A stretch of 64,000 nucleotides of DNA from Bacteroidota bacterium (GTDB lineage: Bacteria; Bacteroidota; Bacteroidia; Bacteroidales; Paludibacteraceae): positions 68,480 to 132,479 of the forward strand of contig JAEWUM010000033.1 in NCBI GenBank assembly GCA_023459355.1, read 5' to 3'. The notes beneath the pieces are model-generated. The model ran no database searches, was not told where the DNA came from, and was given only the letters and a program-made list of their open reading frames with translations. Within the stretch, counting starts at the first letter, position 1; every line of letters starts with the position of its first letter. The position numbers and the translations under genes are program-made. This document shows positions 7,634 to 19,700 of this stretch, one piece after another.

Positions 7634-10600
7634 ATGCAATATTTATTTTCAAAAGCAAACATTATCGCGCTTTTACTGATATTAACCTTCGGGATATCGG
7701 CTCAAAGTCAGATAAACATCACCGGTACCATCTTCGATGAAGCAGGTGAGACCCTTCCGGGTGTGAATATTTTGCTGAAAGGTCAGGAAAAGGGAACGAT
7801 TTCTGATTTCGATGGCAAATTCGGGATTAGCGTGCCGAATGCCAATGCTATCCTTGTTTTTTCATACTTAGGTTATCAAACGGTTGAAATGAAAGTAGAC
7901 CGTACGAAACCGATGGTGGTGAAAATGGTGGAAGAAACCAAGTCGCTCAGCGAAGTCATGGTAATTGGTTATCAGGATGTGAGAAAGCGTGACCTTACCG
8001 GGTCGGTTGCAAAAGCCAATATAGAGGATATGCTCAAAGCACCCGTTGCCAGTTTCGATCAGGCGCTTTCGGGGCGTATCGCCGGTGTGAATGTAAGTTC
8101 GGGCGAAGGTACGCCGGGTGGAACCATGAACATCGTGATTCGTGGTAAAAATTCGCTGACACAGGATAATTCACCTTTGTTTATCATTGACGGTTTCCCT
8201 GTGGAAGACCCTGCTGCCGGCAGCTCTGTAAACCCCAACGACATTGAATCGATTGATGTGTTGAAAGATGCATCGGCTACTGCTATTTACGGAGCCCGTG
8301 GCGCCAATGGCGTAATCATCATCACAACCAAAAAGGGAACTGTAGGCGAACCTTCTATCAGTTATGACGGTTCGTTTGGTGTGCAACGCGTGATTCGCAC
8401 CATTCCGATGATGGATGCTTATGAATTTGTACGTTTGCAGGATGAAATATGGACACCAGCCCAGATGAGTGGTGATTTTGGTTATTTTAAAACTTATGAA
8501 GGCAAAACATATAGCCTCGAGGATTACCGGAATGTGGATCAATACAACTGGCAGGACATGATTCTGCAGGATGCTTTTCAACAAAATCATAGTTTGTCTT
8601 TAACAGGTGGAACGGCCGGTAACCGTTATAATGCTTCTTTTTCTTATTATGATCAGGATGGTATTGTGCTGGCATCAAATTACAACAGAATTCAGGGACG
8701 TTTGGGTACTACCATTCGTCGCAATAAACTGAATATCAACCTGACTACCAACTATTCCCGCGCAACGCAACAGGGTAGTTCTCCCTCACAATCGCAATAC
8801 AGTGGTATGAACAACCTGTTTTACAGTGTGTGGGGATATCGTCCCGTAACACAACCGGGCGTGAGTATTACTTCTCTGTTGGACAATGCTACGGATGATG
8901 GGGTGGATCCAACCAACGACTATCGTTTCAATCCCATCATGTCGCTGAATAATGAACACCGTAAAAATGTGACTGCATACAATCAGTTTAATGGTTTTCT
9001 TGAATATGAATTTACGAAGGGACTTAAACTGAAAGTATCAGGTGGTTATACGATTGACAACCGGAGAAATGAAAACTTTAATAATTCAAAAACCCGATAT
9101 GGGTCTCCAATCTCCAATGATAAGGTGAACGCTACTTTTGCCACTTCAGAACGTAAAACCTGGCTGAACGAAAATATCCTGACCTATCAGGTGAATCTGG
9201 ATAGAAAGCATTTTATCAATGCGCTTGCAGGGATGACCATGCAGGAATCGGTTTATGAATTCAACAGCATGAAAACCATCAATATCCCGAATGAAACATT
9301 GGGTATGGCCGGTATGTGGCAGGGTACTCCGAATCAGTTATTGTCGTCGAAGTCAGAATGGAGCATGTTGTCGTACTTAGCCCGTTTCAATTACAATTAT
9401 CAGTCGAAGTATTATTTTACTGCTTCCTTCCGTGCCGATGGTTCTTCCAAATTTGCTAAAAAGAACCGCTATGGCTACTTTCCTTCCACATCCGTTGCCT
9501 GGAATTTTACGGAAGAAGAATTCATGAAAGACTACAGTTATATCCTGAATTCGGGAAAATTACGATTGAGCTGGGGTGCAACCGGAAATAACCGGGTAGG
9601 CGATTATGATACTTACGCGCTGCTTGAGCTGTTACAGGCATCCAGAGGTAATTTCAGCGGTATCGGCGATGTTGTTCATGGTATCTATCCATTCAATAAT
9701 ACAATTAATTCGATTGGAGCTGTGCCTACTAATTTGGCAAATCCGGATTTAAAGTGGGAAACAACTACCCAATCCAATATCGGTGTTGATTTTTCATTCC
9801 TGAAAGATAAAATCAATTTCACATTCGACTGGTACGATAAAATTACTTCTGACTTGTTGCTGCTGGCAACCTTGCCTACCTCCTCAGGCTATGGCAGCGC
9901 GATGAAAAATATTGGTAAGGTAAGAAATCAGGGTGTTGAATTTACGATTAACACAACCAATATCAAAACACGTGATTTCAGTTGGTCAACAAACTTTAAT
10001 ATTGGTTTTAATAAAAATAAGGTGCTTGAACTGACAGAAAATCAGTTGTCTATGCTGACAAATGGTTATTTCGATCAAAACTATACTTCTCCCAATTATA
10101 TTGCGAAAATCGGTCATCCTATCGGAATGATGTATGGCTACATCTATGAAGGCACCTATAAGGTCGAAGATTTTAGCTTTGATGGAACCACCTATATGCT
10201 GAAACCGGGTGTACCGTATTATTCTGCTGAAAACAACACACAACCGGGTTTCCCGCGTTATGCTGATTTGAATGACGATGGAATTATTGATACGAACGAC
10301 CAAACTTTCATAGGCAGGGGAGAGCCTGTTCACATTGGCGGATTTACCAATAATTTTGAATACAAAGGTTTCGATTTGAGTATCTTCTTTCAATGGTCAG
10401 CCGGTTCAGATCTGCTGAATGCCAACAAACTCATGTTTGAGACCGGTTACAACAGAAGAAAAGACCTGAATCAGTATGCTTCTTTTATCGATAGATGGAC
10501 TTTTGATAACCAGAATAGTGATATTCCAAGGGTAAGCGCTTCACCATCAAATAATCTTTTCTCAACCCGTTTGATCGAAGATGGTTCTTATTTAAGACTA

Positions 10601-10825
10601 AAAACGCTTTCTGTTGGATATACTTTTGATAACAAGCTGATTAATAAACTTAAGCTCAAAAAAGCCAGGATTTATGTCTCAGCTCAGAATATACTGACGC
10701 TGACAAAATACAGTGGGTACGATCCTGAGGTTTCTATCCGTAATTCAGCCCTCACTCCCGGACTTGATTTCTCTGCTTATCCAAGAGCCATGTCAGTTAA
10801 CGTGGGACTCAATCTTAACTTCTAA
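7634..10825 (+). CDS. susC: SusC/RagA family TonB-dependent transporter (chondroitin-type module)
   Basis: N-terminal GETLPGVNI domain, DLTGSV, plug motif DIESIDVLKDASATAIYGARGANGVIIITTK, LKWETT, C-terminal YPRAMSVNVGLNLNF. Start moved to the ATG at 7634, which gives a signal peptide. Confidence 0.95.
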   Translation: MQYLFSKANIIALLLILTFGISAQSQINITGTIFDEAGETLPGVNILLKGQEKGTISDFDGKFGISVPNANAILVFSYLGYQTVEMKVDRTKPMVVKMVEETKSLSEVMVIGYQDVRKRDLTGSVAKANIEDMLKAPVASFDQALSGRIAGVNVSSGEGTPGGTMNIVIRGKNSLTQDNSPLFIIDGFPVEDPAAGSSVNPNDIESIDVLKDASATAIYGARGANGVIIITTKKGTVGEPSISYDGSFGVQRVIRTIPMMDAYEFVRLQDEIWTPAQMSGDFGYFKTYEGKTYSLEDYRNVDQYNWQDMILQDAFQQNHSLSLTGGTAGNRYNASFSYYDQDGIVLASNYNRIQGRLGTTIRRNKLNINLTTNYSRATQQGSSPSQSQYSGMNNLFYSVWGYRPVTQPGVSITSLLDNATDDGVDPTNDYRFNPIMSLNNEHRKNVTAYNQFNGFLEYEFTKGLKLKVSGGYTIDNRRNENFNNSKTRYGSPISNDKVNATFATSERKTWLNENILTYQVNLDRKHFINALAGMTMQESVYEFNSMKTINIPNETLGMAGMWQGTPNQLLSSKSEWSMLSYLARFNYNYQSKYYFTASFRADGSSKFAKKNRYGYFPSTSVAWNFTEEEFMKDYSYILNSGKLRLSWGATGNNRVGDYDTYALLELLQASRGNFSGIGDVVHGIYPFNNTINSIGAVPTNLANPDLKWETTTQSNIGVDFSFLKDKINFTFDWYDKITSDLLLLATLPTSSGYGSAMKNIGKVRNQGVEFTINTTNIKTRDFSWSTNFNIGFNKNKVLELTENQLSMLTNGYFDQNYTSPNYIAKIGHPIGMMYGYIYEGTYKVEDFSFDGTTYMLKPGVPYYSAENNTQPGFPRYADLNDDGIIDTNDQTFIGRGEPVHIGGFTNNFEYKGFDLSIFFQWSAGSDLLNANKLMFETGYNRRKDLNQYASFIDRWTFDNQNSDIPRVSASPSNNLFSTRLIEDGSYLRLKTLSVGYTFDNKLINKLKLKKARIYVSAQNILTLTKYSGYDPEVSIRNSALTPGLDFSAYPRAMSVNVGLNLNF

Positions 10826-10838
10826 AAAATTGAAAAGT

Positions 10839-12587
10839 ATGAAAGCAATAAATAAAGTAATGAAACAATCTGTCAGCATAACTGTAAAAATATTGTTCCT
10901 GACTGTTTTGATTTTTCAGTTCTCATCCTGTTCTGATTTTCTGGAAAAAGAACCGCATGCAGCAACAACCGAAACGTACTTTAATAATGAGTCGGATCTG
11001 GAGTCGTTCCTGACAGGTGTTTACAGTCCTATTATGCAGGAGCATTTCTATGGTAATAATTATCCCTTATACAATGCAGGAGGTGATGATTTGACTTTTT
11101 TCCAACGTGCTAACTCCACTCCGAGTATGATTTGTGCTAATGCCAGTAGCAGTAATGCTTATATCAGTACGTTCTGGCGTATTTTATATGAAGGCATCAA
11201 CCGGGCTAATATCCTGCTTGAAAACATAGACCGTAACCCTTCTATTCCGCAGGTTTTTAGAGACAGGGTGCGTGCTGAGGCTATGTTCCTGCGTTCTTTC
11301 TACTATTTCAACCTCGTACAGGGTTGGGGAGATGTGCCGCTCAGACTGGAATCTACCAAAGCAGTTGTTGGATTGAGTGCTCCGAGAACAGACAAACAAC
11401 TAATTTACGATACTTTAATTACTGATATCGTGAATTCAATTCCAAATCTTTATAAATCAACCGACTTACCATATACCGGAAGGGTGACTCAATCTGCTGC
11501 AAAGGGTATATTGGCACGTATTTACCTTTTCCGTGCCGGTGAACATTTCCGTGATAAAACAAGTCCGGATCCGAACCGGCAATTTTACTTCTCGGAAGCC
11601 CGTCGCTGGGCGCTCGAAGTGAAAGAAAGCGCGATACATGGATTGGTAACTCCATACAGCAGGGTGTTTATGGATTTAAGTGAAGACAAATACAATAGTA
11701 CCGGTGTGCTGGAAAGTATATGGGAAGCAGAAGAAGCAGGTAACAGAGGAACGGTTGAACAGGCTGCCGGTCGCATTGGTAATACAGTTGGTTTTGGGAG
11801 TCAGAATGATTATTCTTCCAGCACACAGTTTAAAAATCAAATGGGGATGACCAATCCGGGATACAGTTATAAATTTGCCTACGGATCTCTTAAATTATAC
11901 GAGATGTTTGAATCTGAAGGCGATACTGCACGTGGTGACTGGAATATTGCCAATTATGAATACACCTTTGAGTCTACCGGTGATAAAAAAGTGACTGGCA
12001 GAAGGTATTATTACGGCAAAAAACGACCCGGGATTACTGCACCTGAAGGATTTACCTATATTGAAGAAGCGCAAACAACCAGTGATAGAAACAAAACCCG
12101 CTGTGCCGCCAAATACCGCAGGGAACATGAGGTGGTGGGACCGAAAAATAAAAACTATACACCAATTAATTTCCCGATTTTGCGCTACAGTGATGTGTTA
12201 CTCATGATTGCGGAAGCTGACAATGAACTGACTGCTGTACCTTCAGATCTGGCTTATGAATGTTTAGATGCTGTAAGAACCCGTGCCGGTATAGCAACCC
12301 TTGCCGGAAGTAGTCTTACTAAAGAACAATTCCGTAACGTCATCAAAAAAGAGCGTGCTATGGAATTGTGTTTTGAGGCCGTGCGTCGCTGGGACTTAAT
12401 TCGATGGGGAGATTTTTATACCGAAATGAGAAATATGCAATCCTATGTAAATCAGGACGGGTGGGGTAGCGGTTTTAAATATGCCGCCGACTATTATAAC
12501 GTTTCTGAAGCATATAACTATTTCCCGATTCCGGATATTGAAATGTCGGTAAACAAGCTTATTACAAGTAACAATACGGGTTGGTAA
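10839..12587 (+). CDS. susD: SusD/RagB family glycan-binding lipoprotein
   Basis: Lipobox FSS-C-SDFLEKEP; LYEGINRAN, AEAMFLRSFYYFNLVQGWGDVP, LRYSDVLLMIAEA, ERAMELCFEAVRRWDLIRWG; directly follows susC. Confidence 0.95.
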   Translation: MKAINKVMKQSVSITVKILFLTVLIFQFSSCSDFLEKEPHAATTETYFNNESDLESFLTGVYSPIMQEHFYGNNYPLYNAGGDDLTFFQRANSTPSMICANASSSNAYISTFWRILYEGINRANILLENIDRNPSIPQVFRDRVRAEAMFLRSFYYFNLVQGWGDVPLRLESTKAVVGLSAPRTDKQLIYDTLITDIVNSIPNLYKSTDLPYTGRVTQSAAKGILARIYLFRAGEHFRDKTSPDPNRQFYFSEARRWALEVKESAIHGLVTPYSRVFMDLSEDKYNSTGVLESIWEAEEAGNRGTVEQAAGRIGNTVGFGSQNDYSSSTQFKNQMGMTNPGYSYKFAYGSLKLYEMFESEGDTARGDWNIANYEYTFESTGDKKVTGRRYYYGKKRPGITAPEGFTYIEEAQTTSDRNKTRCAAKYRREHEVVGPKNKNYTPINFPILRYSDVLLMIAEADNELTAVPSDLAYECLDAVRTRAGIATLAGSSLTKEQFRNVIKKERAMELCFEAVRRWDLIRWGDFYTEMRNMQSYVNQDGWGSGFKYAADYYNVSEAYNYFPIPDIEMSVNKLITSNNTGW

Positions 12588-12593
12588 CAGCTT

Positions 12594-13595
12594 ATGATTA
12601 AAGTCATGAAAATTATGAAAACATATAAATTCATTTTTACAATCATTGCACTTCTGGGGCTTATTGCCTGTGAGGATGTGATGGAGCAAAAGGTCGATTT
12701 TGATGTGAAAGTGGCATCAGCAGATTATTTGCAGTTTACTGATACCGCCATTATAGCACCGGCTGGAAGCAAAATAACCTTTGATTTCGAAGGAGAACCG
12801 GATTTTATTTCTTTCTCCTACGAACGTTTTCTGCCAACCAATGCCACGCTGAAATTCTCTACACAAGCTGCTTGGGGAACCCACATCGAAAATACGCTTC
12901 AGGTATTTATTTCGGATAGTTTCGATGGACTCTCATACAAACTGGTATATAATGCAGTTGATTCGGTTTATGTGCCGGAGTTTGATTTCAATAGTGATTC
13001 AACTAAAGTGTCGACACATAACTGGACGAATATTTCTACACTAAGCAATTTACCAATTGCTGCCAATCAAAAGCGGGATGCGGTTATCCCCATCAATGAG
13101 TACAGAGGAAAAAATCTGGTCATCGCTTTCAGGTATAAAACCGAATATGCCCCCGATTGGCAACCTTTGTGGAGTATCACGGATTTATTAATTGAGAATA
13201 CACGAATCACGGATGATTCTAACGTAAGCGCTTATCTGGCAGCGACCATGGGCTTCACTCCATTCGATATACTCAACAGGGCAAATCCCTATAGAAATGA
13301 GAGTGTTTCGGGTAGCTGGAGCACCACCAATCCTGCTGCCATGCAAATCAGGCAAACAGCCCGCAATAACGCGCTGAATGAAGACTGGCTGATTTCCAAA
13401 TCAATTGCAGTACCACTGGGACTTACTGAAAATTCTGATCCAACAGGAGTGAAAAACACAACCAAGTTGGTGGATAGTTATTCCTATATCTTTGATAATA
13501 TCGGGGAATATGTGGTTAGTTTCAAAGCTTCCAATTATAATTACAAATTTCACGATTCAGTAACAAAAACGATCAGGCTAATTATAACCGAATAA
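12594..13595 (+). CDS. Surface glycan-binding lipoprotein, DUF5017-like
   Basis: Lipobox LIA-C-ED; lies right after susD; LQVFISDSFDGL, IAFRY and EDWLIS motifs. Alternative starts at 12606 or 12615. Confidence 0.65.
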   Translation: MIKVMKIMKTYKFIFTIIALLGLIACEDVMEQKVDFDVKVASADYLQFTDTAIIAPAGSKITFDFEGEPDFISFSYERFLPTNATLKFSTQAAWGTHIENTLQVFISDSFDGLSYKLVYNAVDSVYVPEFDFNSDSTKVSTHNWTNISTLSNLPIAANQKRDAVIPINEYRGKNLVIAFRYKTEYAPDWQPLWSITDLLIENTRITDDSNVSAYLAATMGFTPFDILNRANPYRNESVSGSWSTTNPAAMQIRQTARNNALNEDWLISKSIAVPLGLTENSDPTGVKNTTKLVDSYSYIFDNIGEYVVSFKASNYNYKFHDSVTKTIRLIITE

Positions 13596-13610
13596 TTTAT
13601 TTCAATTATC

Positions 13611-16600
13611 ATGAAGTTCAAACTGTCTATATTCTTTTTATTGCTAATATCATTATCCTTATTTGCACAGCAATACAGCTTCGACTCGGGAACAGTTGCT
13701 CCATTTCAGCCTGCTGAATCGGGTAAATCTCAGTTGTCGATTGTAAATGTGCCCTACAAGGATGATAATGCTGCATTGAAGTGGAACTGGACAGCCCCGA
13801 CTGCTATCGTAATTGATTATCAGGTTACACTTAAAAATTTCAGAGACGGTGTGATTTTCTGGGTGTACAATGAAGTTCCCCGGACAACTCCCCTTATTGG
13901 TGAGTTTAGGGATGCCTCGAACAATGTCAGGTATACTTTCAACTTCGGGCTGAACTTCAAAGGATGGCGTATCTGTCGCATTGGCAGCCGCTATATGTCG
14001 GGCAACAAATCGGTAAGTACAAATTTAAAATTGCATCTGCTAACTCCATCCGGTGTAAGTCAGGGTAGTTTGTTTATCGATCGATTCTCTTTTGTTGCAG
14101 ATGTGAACTATCAGAATGCACCGGATGCACAACAACCAAATAATACCGAAGCGAACTACATCAATCACTGGAATTCTTTGTGGAAATGGGAAAGTGAACT
14201 GACCCATGATTTACCTTTACCGGCAGATTTGAATGGAACTCAACTTGCTTCTTTGCAAACAGTTGAACAGGGAATTGTTAAGAGGCTTCCGCAAGCAGCC
14301 AATACATCGGTTATTGCTAATGCAAAGGCTCAATTTATCAATTGCGGTATTCGTAAAGAAGGAAATTTTTGGGTAGGAACACCGCTCGTGGTTAAAGCTG
14401 ATAAAACGGCATCCGATATCGCATTTGCTGAACTCGGTTCGATGATGTACGGATTGGCGCTTGATGCTGTTTATAATGGCAACCAAACTTCAGCTCAACA
14501 ATACATTGACTTATGGGATTTTGCCCATGATCAGGGTTTTACTTATGGAAGTGCCATGGGTAATAATCATCACTATGGTTATGAAACCAAACAGATATTT
14601 CTTTCAGCTTATTTGATGAGAGAAAGCTTGAAGTCGTCAGCAAGAATCAACGATGTGGCAGCTACGCTCTCTTTCTGGAGCGGACTTCCCGAAAGCAGAC
14701 GTGTTTTTGATCAGACCCGTGAAGGAGTGGTGGATTCCTGGAATACTTTGTTATTTTCCCGGCTGATTTCAGCCATGTTGATACAGGATTTGCCACAGCG
14801 ATACCGTGCTGTTCAGTCTTTGGTGCGTTGGGTGGATACTTCTCTGGCGTTTACGCCCGGGAATTTGGGCGGACTGAAACCGGATGGTACCATTTTTCAT
14901 CATGCGGGACATTATCCGGCTTATGGGATTGGTGGTTTTAGTGGATTGGGTGATTTTATATCCACCCTGCCCGGATCTGAATTCAATCTTACGATTTCAG
15001 CACGTCAAAATTTAGCTGAGGCTCTTTTTGCCATGTCACGTTATACGCATCTGACTGATTGGTCGATTGGCATGTCGGGTCGCCACCCGCATGATGGCGG
15101 TATGCCTGCCGGTGTTATTGAGTCATTTGGTCTGTTGTCCTTACTCGGAGGTGTGTATAATACAAATGAAAGCATTGATTCTAAATTAGCTGGTGAATAC
15201 CTGCGTTTACTGACTGAGAATACGGCGCTTAAACAACAATTGTCTTTATTTACTACAGCAGCTATGCCTTCAGGTTTCTATGTGTACAATCATGCTGCTG
15301 CCGGAGTGCATCGCTTTGGGAATAATATGGTGACCATCAAAGGATATAACAGCGATGTGTGGGGTTCTGAAATATATACCAACGATAATCGTTACGGACG
15401 TTACCAGAGTTATGGCGCTGTGGAGATTTTCAATGAGGGTACCCCTGTCAGCAGGAGTAACAGTCGCTTTAATGAAGCCGGGTGGGATTGGAACCGCTTA
15501 CCGGGGACAACAACAATTCACTTACCGCTAAATTTGTTGGAAAGTCCGGTTACGTCCACCCTGATGGCACGTTCGAAGGAAGATTTTGCCGGGGCTTCTT
15601 CCTTGCTGGGTGAGTTTGGCGTGTTCGGTATGAAACTCAGGGAGGAGAACCTCATCAACAATACAAATTATACCCGCGATTTTCAGGCACGCAAATCAGT
15701 TTTTGCTTTCGGGAAAAGATTGGTCTGCATAGGTACCGGCATCAGTAATTCCAATGTGAATTATACCACAGAAACAACCTTGTATCAGCAAACGATCAAT
15801 ACAACTGCTGACAGGATGTCGGTTAATGGCACTTTTTATGATGCAACCGGTTATAGCTTCGATACGCAAACCCCTGTTTATTCGACCGTAGTAAGCGACC
15901 TGAGTGGAAATTATTATCGTGTGGCTTCACAAAGCAGGGTCATTATAGAAGGAAAAGAGCAGGTTTCCAGACACAATAAAACTCGTGCCGAAACTAAAGG
16001 AAATTTCCTCACGGCACGCATTGATCATGGTAAAAACCCGGCCGATGCGGCTTATGAATACATGATCATGCTGAAACCAACACCTGCTGAACAAAGGAGG
16101 TGGAGTAATGATCCGGGGTACCGGGTTTTGCAGGCCGACAATCAGGCGCATGTGTTACACGATACCATCAGTGGAGTAAGGGCTTATGTCAGTTTTGAGG
16201 CGGCATCTTTTAGCTCAGGATTAGTCCGCGGAGTTGATGCAGAAACATTGTTGATGTATAAATATCAGGATGATAGTAATATTACATTAAGTGTTTGTGA
16301 CCCCTCCCTTAGGTTGCCGGTAAAAACAAATAACAGTGACAATACTACATTGAATGGGGTTCCTGTTACACGCGAGATACTGCTGGATGGCAGCTGGCAG
16401 TTGAAACAGGCTAATTCAAAAGTCAATGTGTCACAACAAAATAATCAGACCGTACTGTCGGTGACTTGCCAATTCGGAATTCCGGTTGAATTTGAATTGA
16501 AAAAACTGGAAACATCAGTTAAAAATATATTTAACAGCGATTTGAAAATAGTTACCCGTGACAACCACATTGAAATCAATGGACTGACAGCTGCTGTATC

Positions 16601-16745
16601 TGTATTCGATGTCACAGGTAAATTACTGGCTTTTAAAAGTAATTTATCAGAAAAAAAAACATTCTTTCTGAATGAAGGGAAATTATATATGTTGCTGGCT
16701 TACCTGCCCGATAACAGTATGTTAACCCATAAAATTTATTTGTAA
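13611..16745 (+). CDS. Chondroitinase ABC-like PL8 lyase with T9SS CTD
   Basis: GSAMGNNHHYGY, KPDGTIFHHAGHYPAY, SGRHP, WGSEIY..NRYGRYQSYG, GWDWNRLPGTT; C-terminal VFDVTGKLL..HKIYL. Confidence 0.9.
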   Translation: MKFKLSIFFLLLISLSLFAQQYSFDSGTVAPFQPAESGKSQLSIVNVPYKDDNAALKWNWTAPTAIVIDYQVTLKNFRDGVIFWVYNEVPRTTPLIGEFRDASNNVRYTFNFGLNFKGWRICRIGSRYMSGNKSVSTNLKLHLLTPSGVSQGSLFIDRFSFVADVNYQNAPDAQQPNNTEANYINHWNSLWKWESELTHDLPLPADLNGTQLASLQTVEQGIVKRLPQAANTSVIANAKAQFINCGIRKEGNFWVGTPLVVKADKTASDIAFAELGSMMYGLALDAVYNGNQTSAQQYIDLWDFAHDQGFTYGSAMGNNHHYGYETKQIFLSAYLMRESLKSSARINDVAATLSFWSGLPESRRVFDQTREGVVDSWNTLLFSRLISAMLIQDLPQRYRAVQSLVRWVDTSLAFTPGNLGGLKPDGTIFHHAGHYPAYGIGGFSGLGDFISTLPGSEFNLTISARQNLAEALFAMSRYTHLTDWSIGMSGRHPHDGGMPAGVIESFGLLSLLGGVYNTNESIDSKLAGEYLRLLTENTALKQQLSLFTTAAMPSGFYVYNHAAAGVHRFGNNMVTIKGYNSDVWGSEIYTNDNRYGRYQSYGAVEIFNEGTPVSRSNSRFNEAGWDWNRLPGTTTIHLPLNLLESPVTSTLMARSKEDFAGASSLLGEFGVFGMKLREENLINNTNYTRDFQARKSVFAFGKRLVCIGTGISNSNVNYTTETTLYQQTINTTADRMSVNGTFYDATGYSFDTQTPVYSTVVSDLSGNYYRVASQSRVIIEGKEQVSRHNKTRAETKGNFLTARIDHGKNPADAAYEYMIMLKPTPAEQRRWSNDPGYRVLQADNQAHVLHDTISGVRAYVSFEAASFSSGLVRGVDAETLLMYKYQDDSNITLSVCDPSLRLPVKTNNSDNTTLNGVPVTREILLDGSWQLKQANSKVNVSQQNNQTVLSVTCQFGIPVEFELKKLETSVKNIFNSDLKIVTRDNHIEINGLTAAVSVFDVTGKLLAFKSNLSEKKTFFLNEGKLYMLLAYLPDNSMLTHKIYL

Positions 16746-16763
16746 ACAGGAAAAATACGATTC

Positions 16764-19700
16764 ATGTTAAAAAGAAAAACCATATACCTGCTTGTATCAC
16801 TGTTGGCTTTTTCAGCATTAACAGCACAAACATTCAATTTTGAGGAAACAACTGTTCCTTCGGGATGGACAGCCGTCAGTGGTGGAAGTTTAACCCTTTC
16901 TACTGAACACTATAAGGAAGGTGTCCGGAGTTTGTGTTGGGAAGCCACCGGTGCAGCCATGTTGACGGTTACTTTTACTGCTTACACGGCATCAACCGGT
17001 AATTCGGCTTATCTTCAGATTTATACGCCACAGATAACAAACGATACGTTGATAGTTGAATTTTTGAACAGCAGTAATGTACGTCGTACAGCTAATTATT
17101 TGTTGAACTACAAAGGATGGCGTGAATTCAACAGGGCATATACCGAATATGTAAGCAGTATTTCATTTACAGTGACGTCAGTACGTATGACACTGAAACC
17201 GGCATCAGCAGGAAACCGGAAAATATATTTTGATCAGATAAATTTCAATCAAAGTACGGCTGCTACGCGTATTATGGGCAGTCAATGGTTGATTGATAAA
17301 CAGTTTCTCACGGCTAACAGCGATCAGTTAAAACTATTTGCTAATCCGATAGATATATCAGTGGTAAGTCCGAATGCAGGGGAATTGACAGCGCTGACCA
17401 CACTGAGAAATGAACTGAAACGAACTCCTGCACCGGGAACTACCACCAACCTGAATCTGGCCAAAAGCTTTGCTACAGGTATGAATATCACACGTAATCC
17501 CGATGGAACCGTGCGTGGTAATATCGTGGATATGTCGGCTACTGCACTTACTACGTCGGTAGTAACAGATTATGTAACTAAGTTGGAAATATTGGCTGCT
17601 GAAGGTTTGAAAGATACTCCGACACTGACTTTGTTTCGCGATTTACTCGATCATTTGATGGATCAGGGCTTCGCAGAAGGTGTCAGTTTTTCGATTCGTT
17701 CAAATGATTATACGGCTTCCCGAAATATCCCTTCGAAATTGTTAAACCTGCTTCCTGCCTGCACGCCTGAGCAACAGGAGGAGGTGTTGAAGCTTGTTCG
17801 CTGGATTTCATATTATGGGATGATGTATGAACCTGTCAATACATACCTTCAGTCACTAAATTCAGATGTATTATACCTTTATCTGCCTCACATGATGGGC
17901 GTTGCGCTTTTTCAGCAGGATGATGCAGTGGCGGTACGCGAACTGAAAGCTTTCAAAAGATTTTTAGAAAGAAATACGGAGTATGTGCCGGGTGGTGGAG
18001 ATGTGTTGAAGCCTGACGGAACCGGTTTTCACCACGCGACGCATTACAATAACTACATGTACTCTTATCAAACCTGGGCGGAATATATCATTTACCTGAA
18101 AGGTTCTCCTTTCAGAATTAATCAATCTGCCTACGAAAGATTCAAAAAAGCCGTGTTAGCCAAATATACCATGGCTACACTGGATTTGAATAATACCCGT
18201 CATTATGCCAACACGCTGGCAGGCAGAAATCCATTCGCATCGGGATTGCAGCTTTATTTTTCACGTACTCTTTTCGAAAGTCTTATAGAGACGGGTGGTG
18301 ATATTTTGGGTACAGCGATTGATGAGGATTTGGCAGCTTCATATAATTTCTTCTTTAAATCAACAAAATACAGTGTTCCTCAAAAAAGTTACGAAGGTTT
18401 TCACCAGTTTAATTACAGTCCGATGGGAATTTACCGAAAGGCTAACTGGGTAGCTACTATGCGTGCCCCGACAACCAAATTCTGGAGTGCTGAAATATAC
18501 AGTGGAGAAAACCGTTTCGGTCGCTATCAGGGGCATGGTGCATTAGAAATTACCTACAGTGGCACTGTGGCAAACAGCGGCTATCCCGGCAATGGCACCG
18601 GTGGTGGCTGGGATTGGAATGTAGTGCCTGGAACAACCACAGTGCATTACACTTCCTGGCAGGAAATGATGCCGAATAAAAATACAACCGACCGTTTCGA
18701 CCAATATACCAAAACAAAAAACTTTTCCGGTGCTTTGTCATGGGGAGATTGTGGCATCTTTGCGACAGATTTCGATCAGGGTGATACCTGGGGAAGTCAG
18801 CGCTTTACGCCGACCAATCTGACATTTAAAAAGTCCATGTATGCTTTTGATAATATGATTATCAGCCTCGGAAGTAATATCAGTTCGTCGGGGACATACA
18901 GTACTTCAATGATAACTGCGACCAACTTGTTCCAAAACCTGATTTCATCGGCAAGCAGTGCCATGATACTAAATGGCGCTGAGATTGCTCGTCCGAATAC
19001 AATTACCCTGCCATCGGGACAGGATAACTGGATGCTTACGCCACAAGGAACCGGATATTTCATTCCGCAGGGAAATGATGAAATCAAATTAATTCACGAC
19101 ACACAAAAGTCGCCTTACGAAACCGGAAGCGACTACGCATCGCCTGTAACATCTGCCAATGCTGCGAAAGCTTATATCAATCATGGTGTAAAACCTGCCG
19201 GCAAAAAGTACAACTTTGTTGTTATACCGGGTACTACCAGTGCAGAGATGCAGAATCTATCGGCTCAAATGGCAAACAATGGTGGATCTGTTTACCAAAT
19301 TCACAAACAGGATCAATATCTGCATGCGCTGACTTACTTACCCAAAAATATAACAGCATACACCTTTTTCGGGGCAAGTTTTAACCTGACATTCGGTTTG
19401 GTAAAATCTTCTACGGGCGAACATCTTTTGATGCACCGTCCTGATGAAGTAACCGGTCGTCAGTATTTTGCTGCTTCAAATCCCAATCTGAAACCGGTAA
19501 ATGATGCGGTTTACGGATGGAAATCATCCGCTTCTCAGGCCACACTGACTATTTCGGGAGAATGGCTGCCGTTGCAGGAGTCTGATGGTGTGCAGTTTCA
19601 TGCTCCATCTAACGGAGAAACACAGCTTACACTGACTTTCAACGATGGCGAACCGCTTTATTTTGCACTGAAACGACCGGATGATACAGGATTGGATCTC

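Noticed and set aside
10713..10838. Long N-terminal extension of SusD overlapping susC (similar extensions at 7583, 25634, 56881 and 60999)
   Set aside because: Downstream ATGs give proper signal peptides or membrane anchors and avoid overlap with genes, promoters or repeats.
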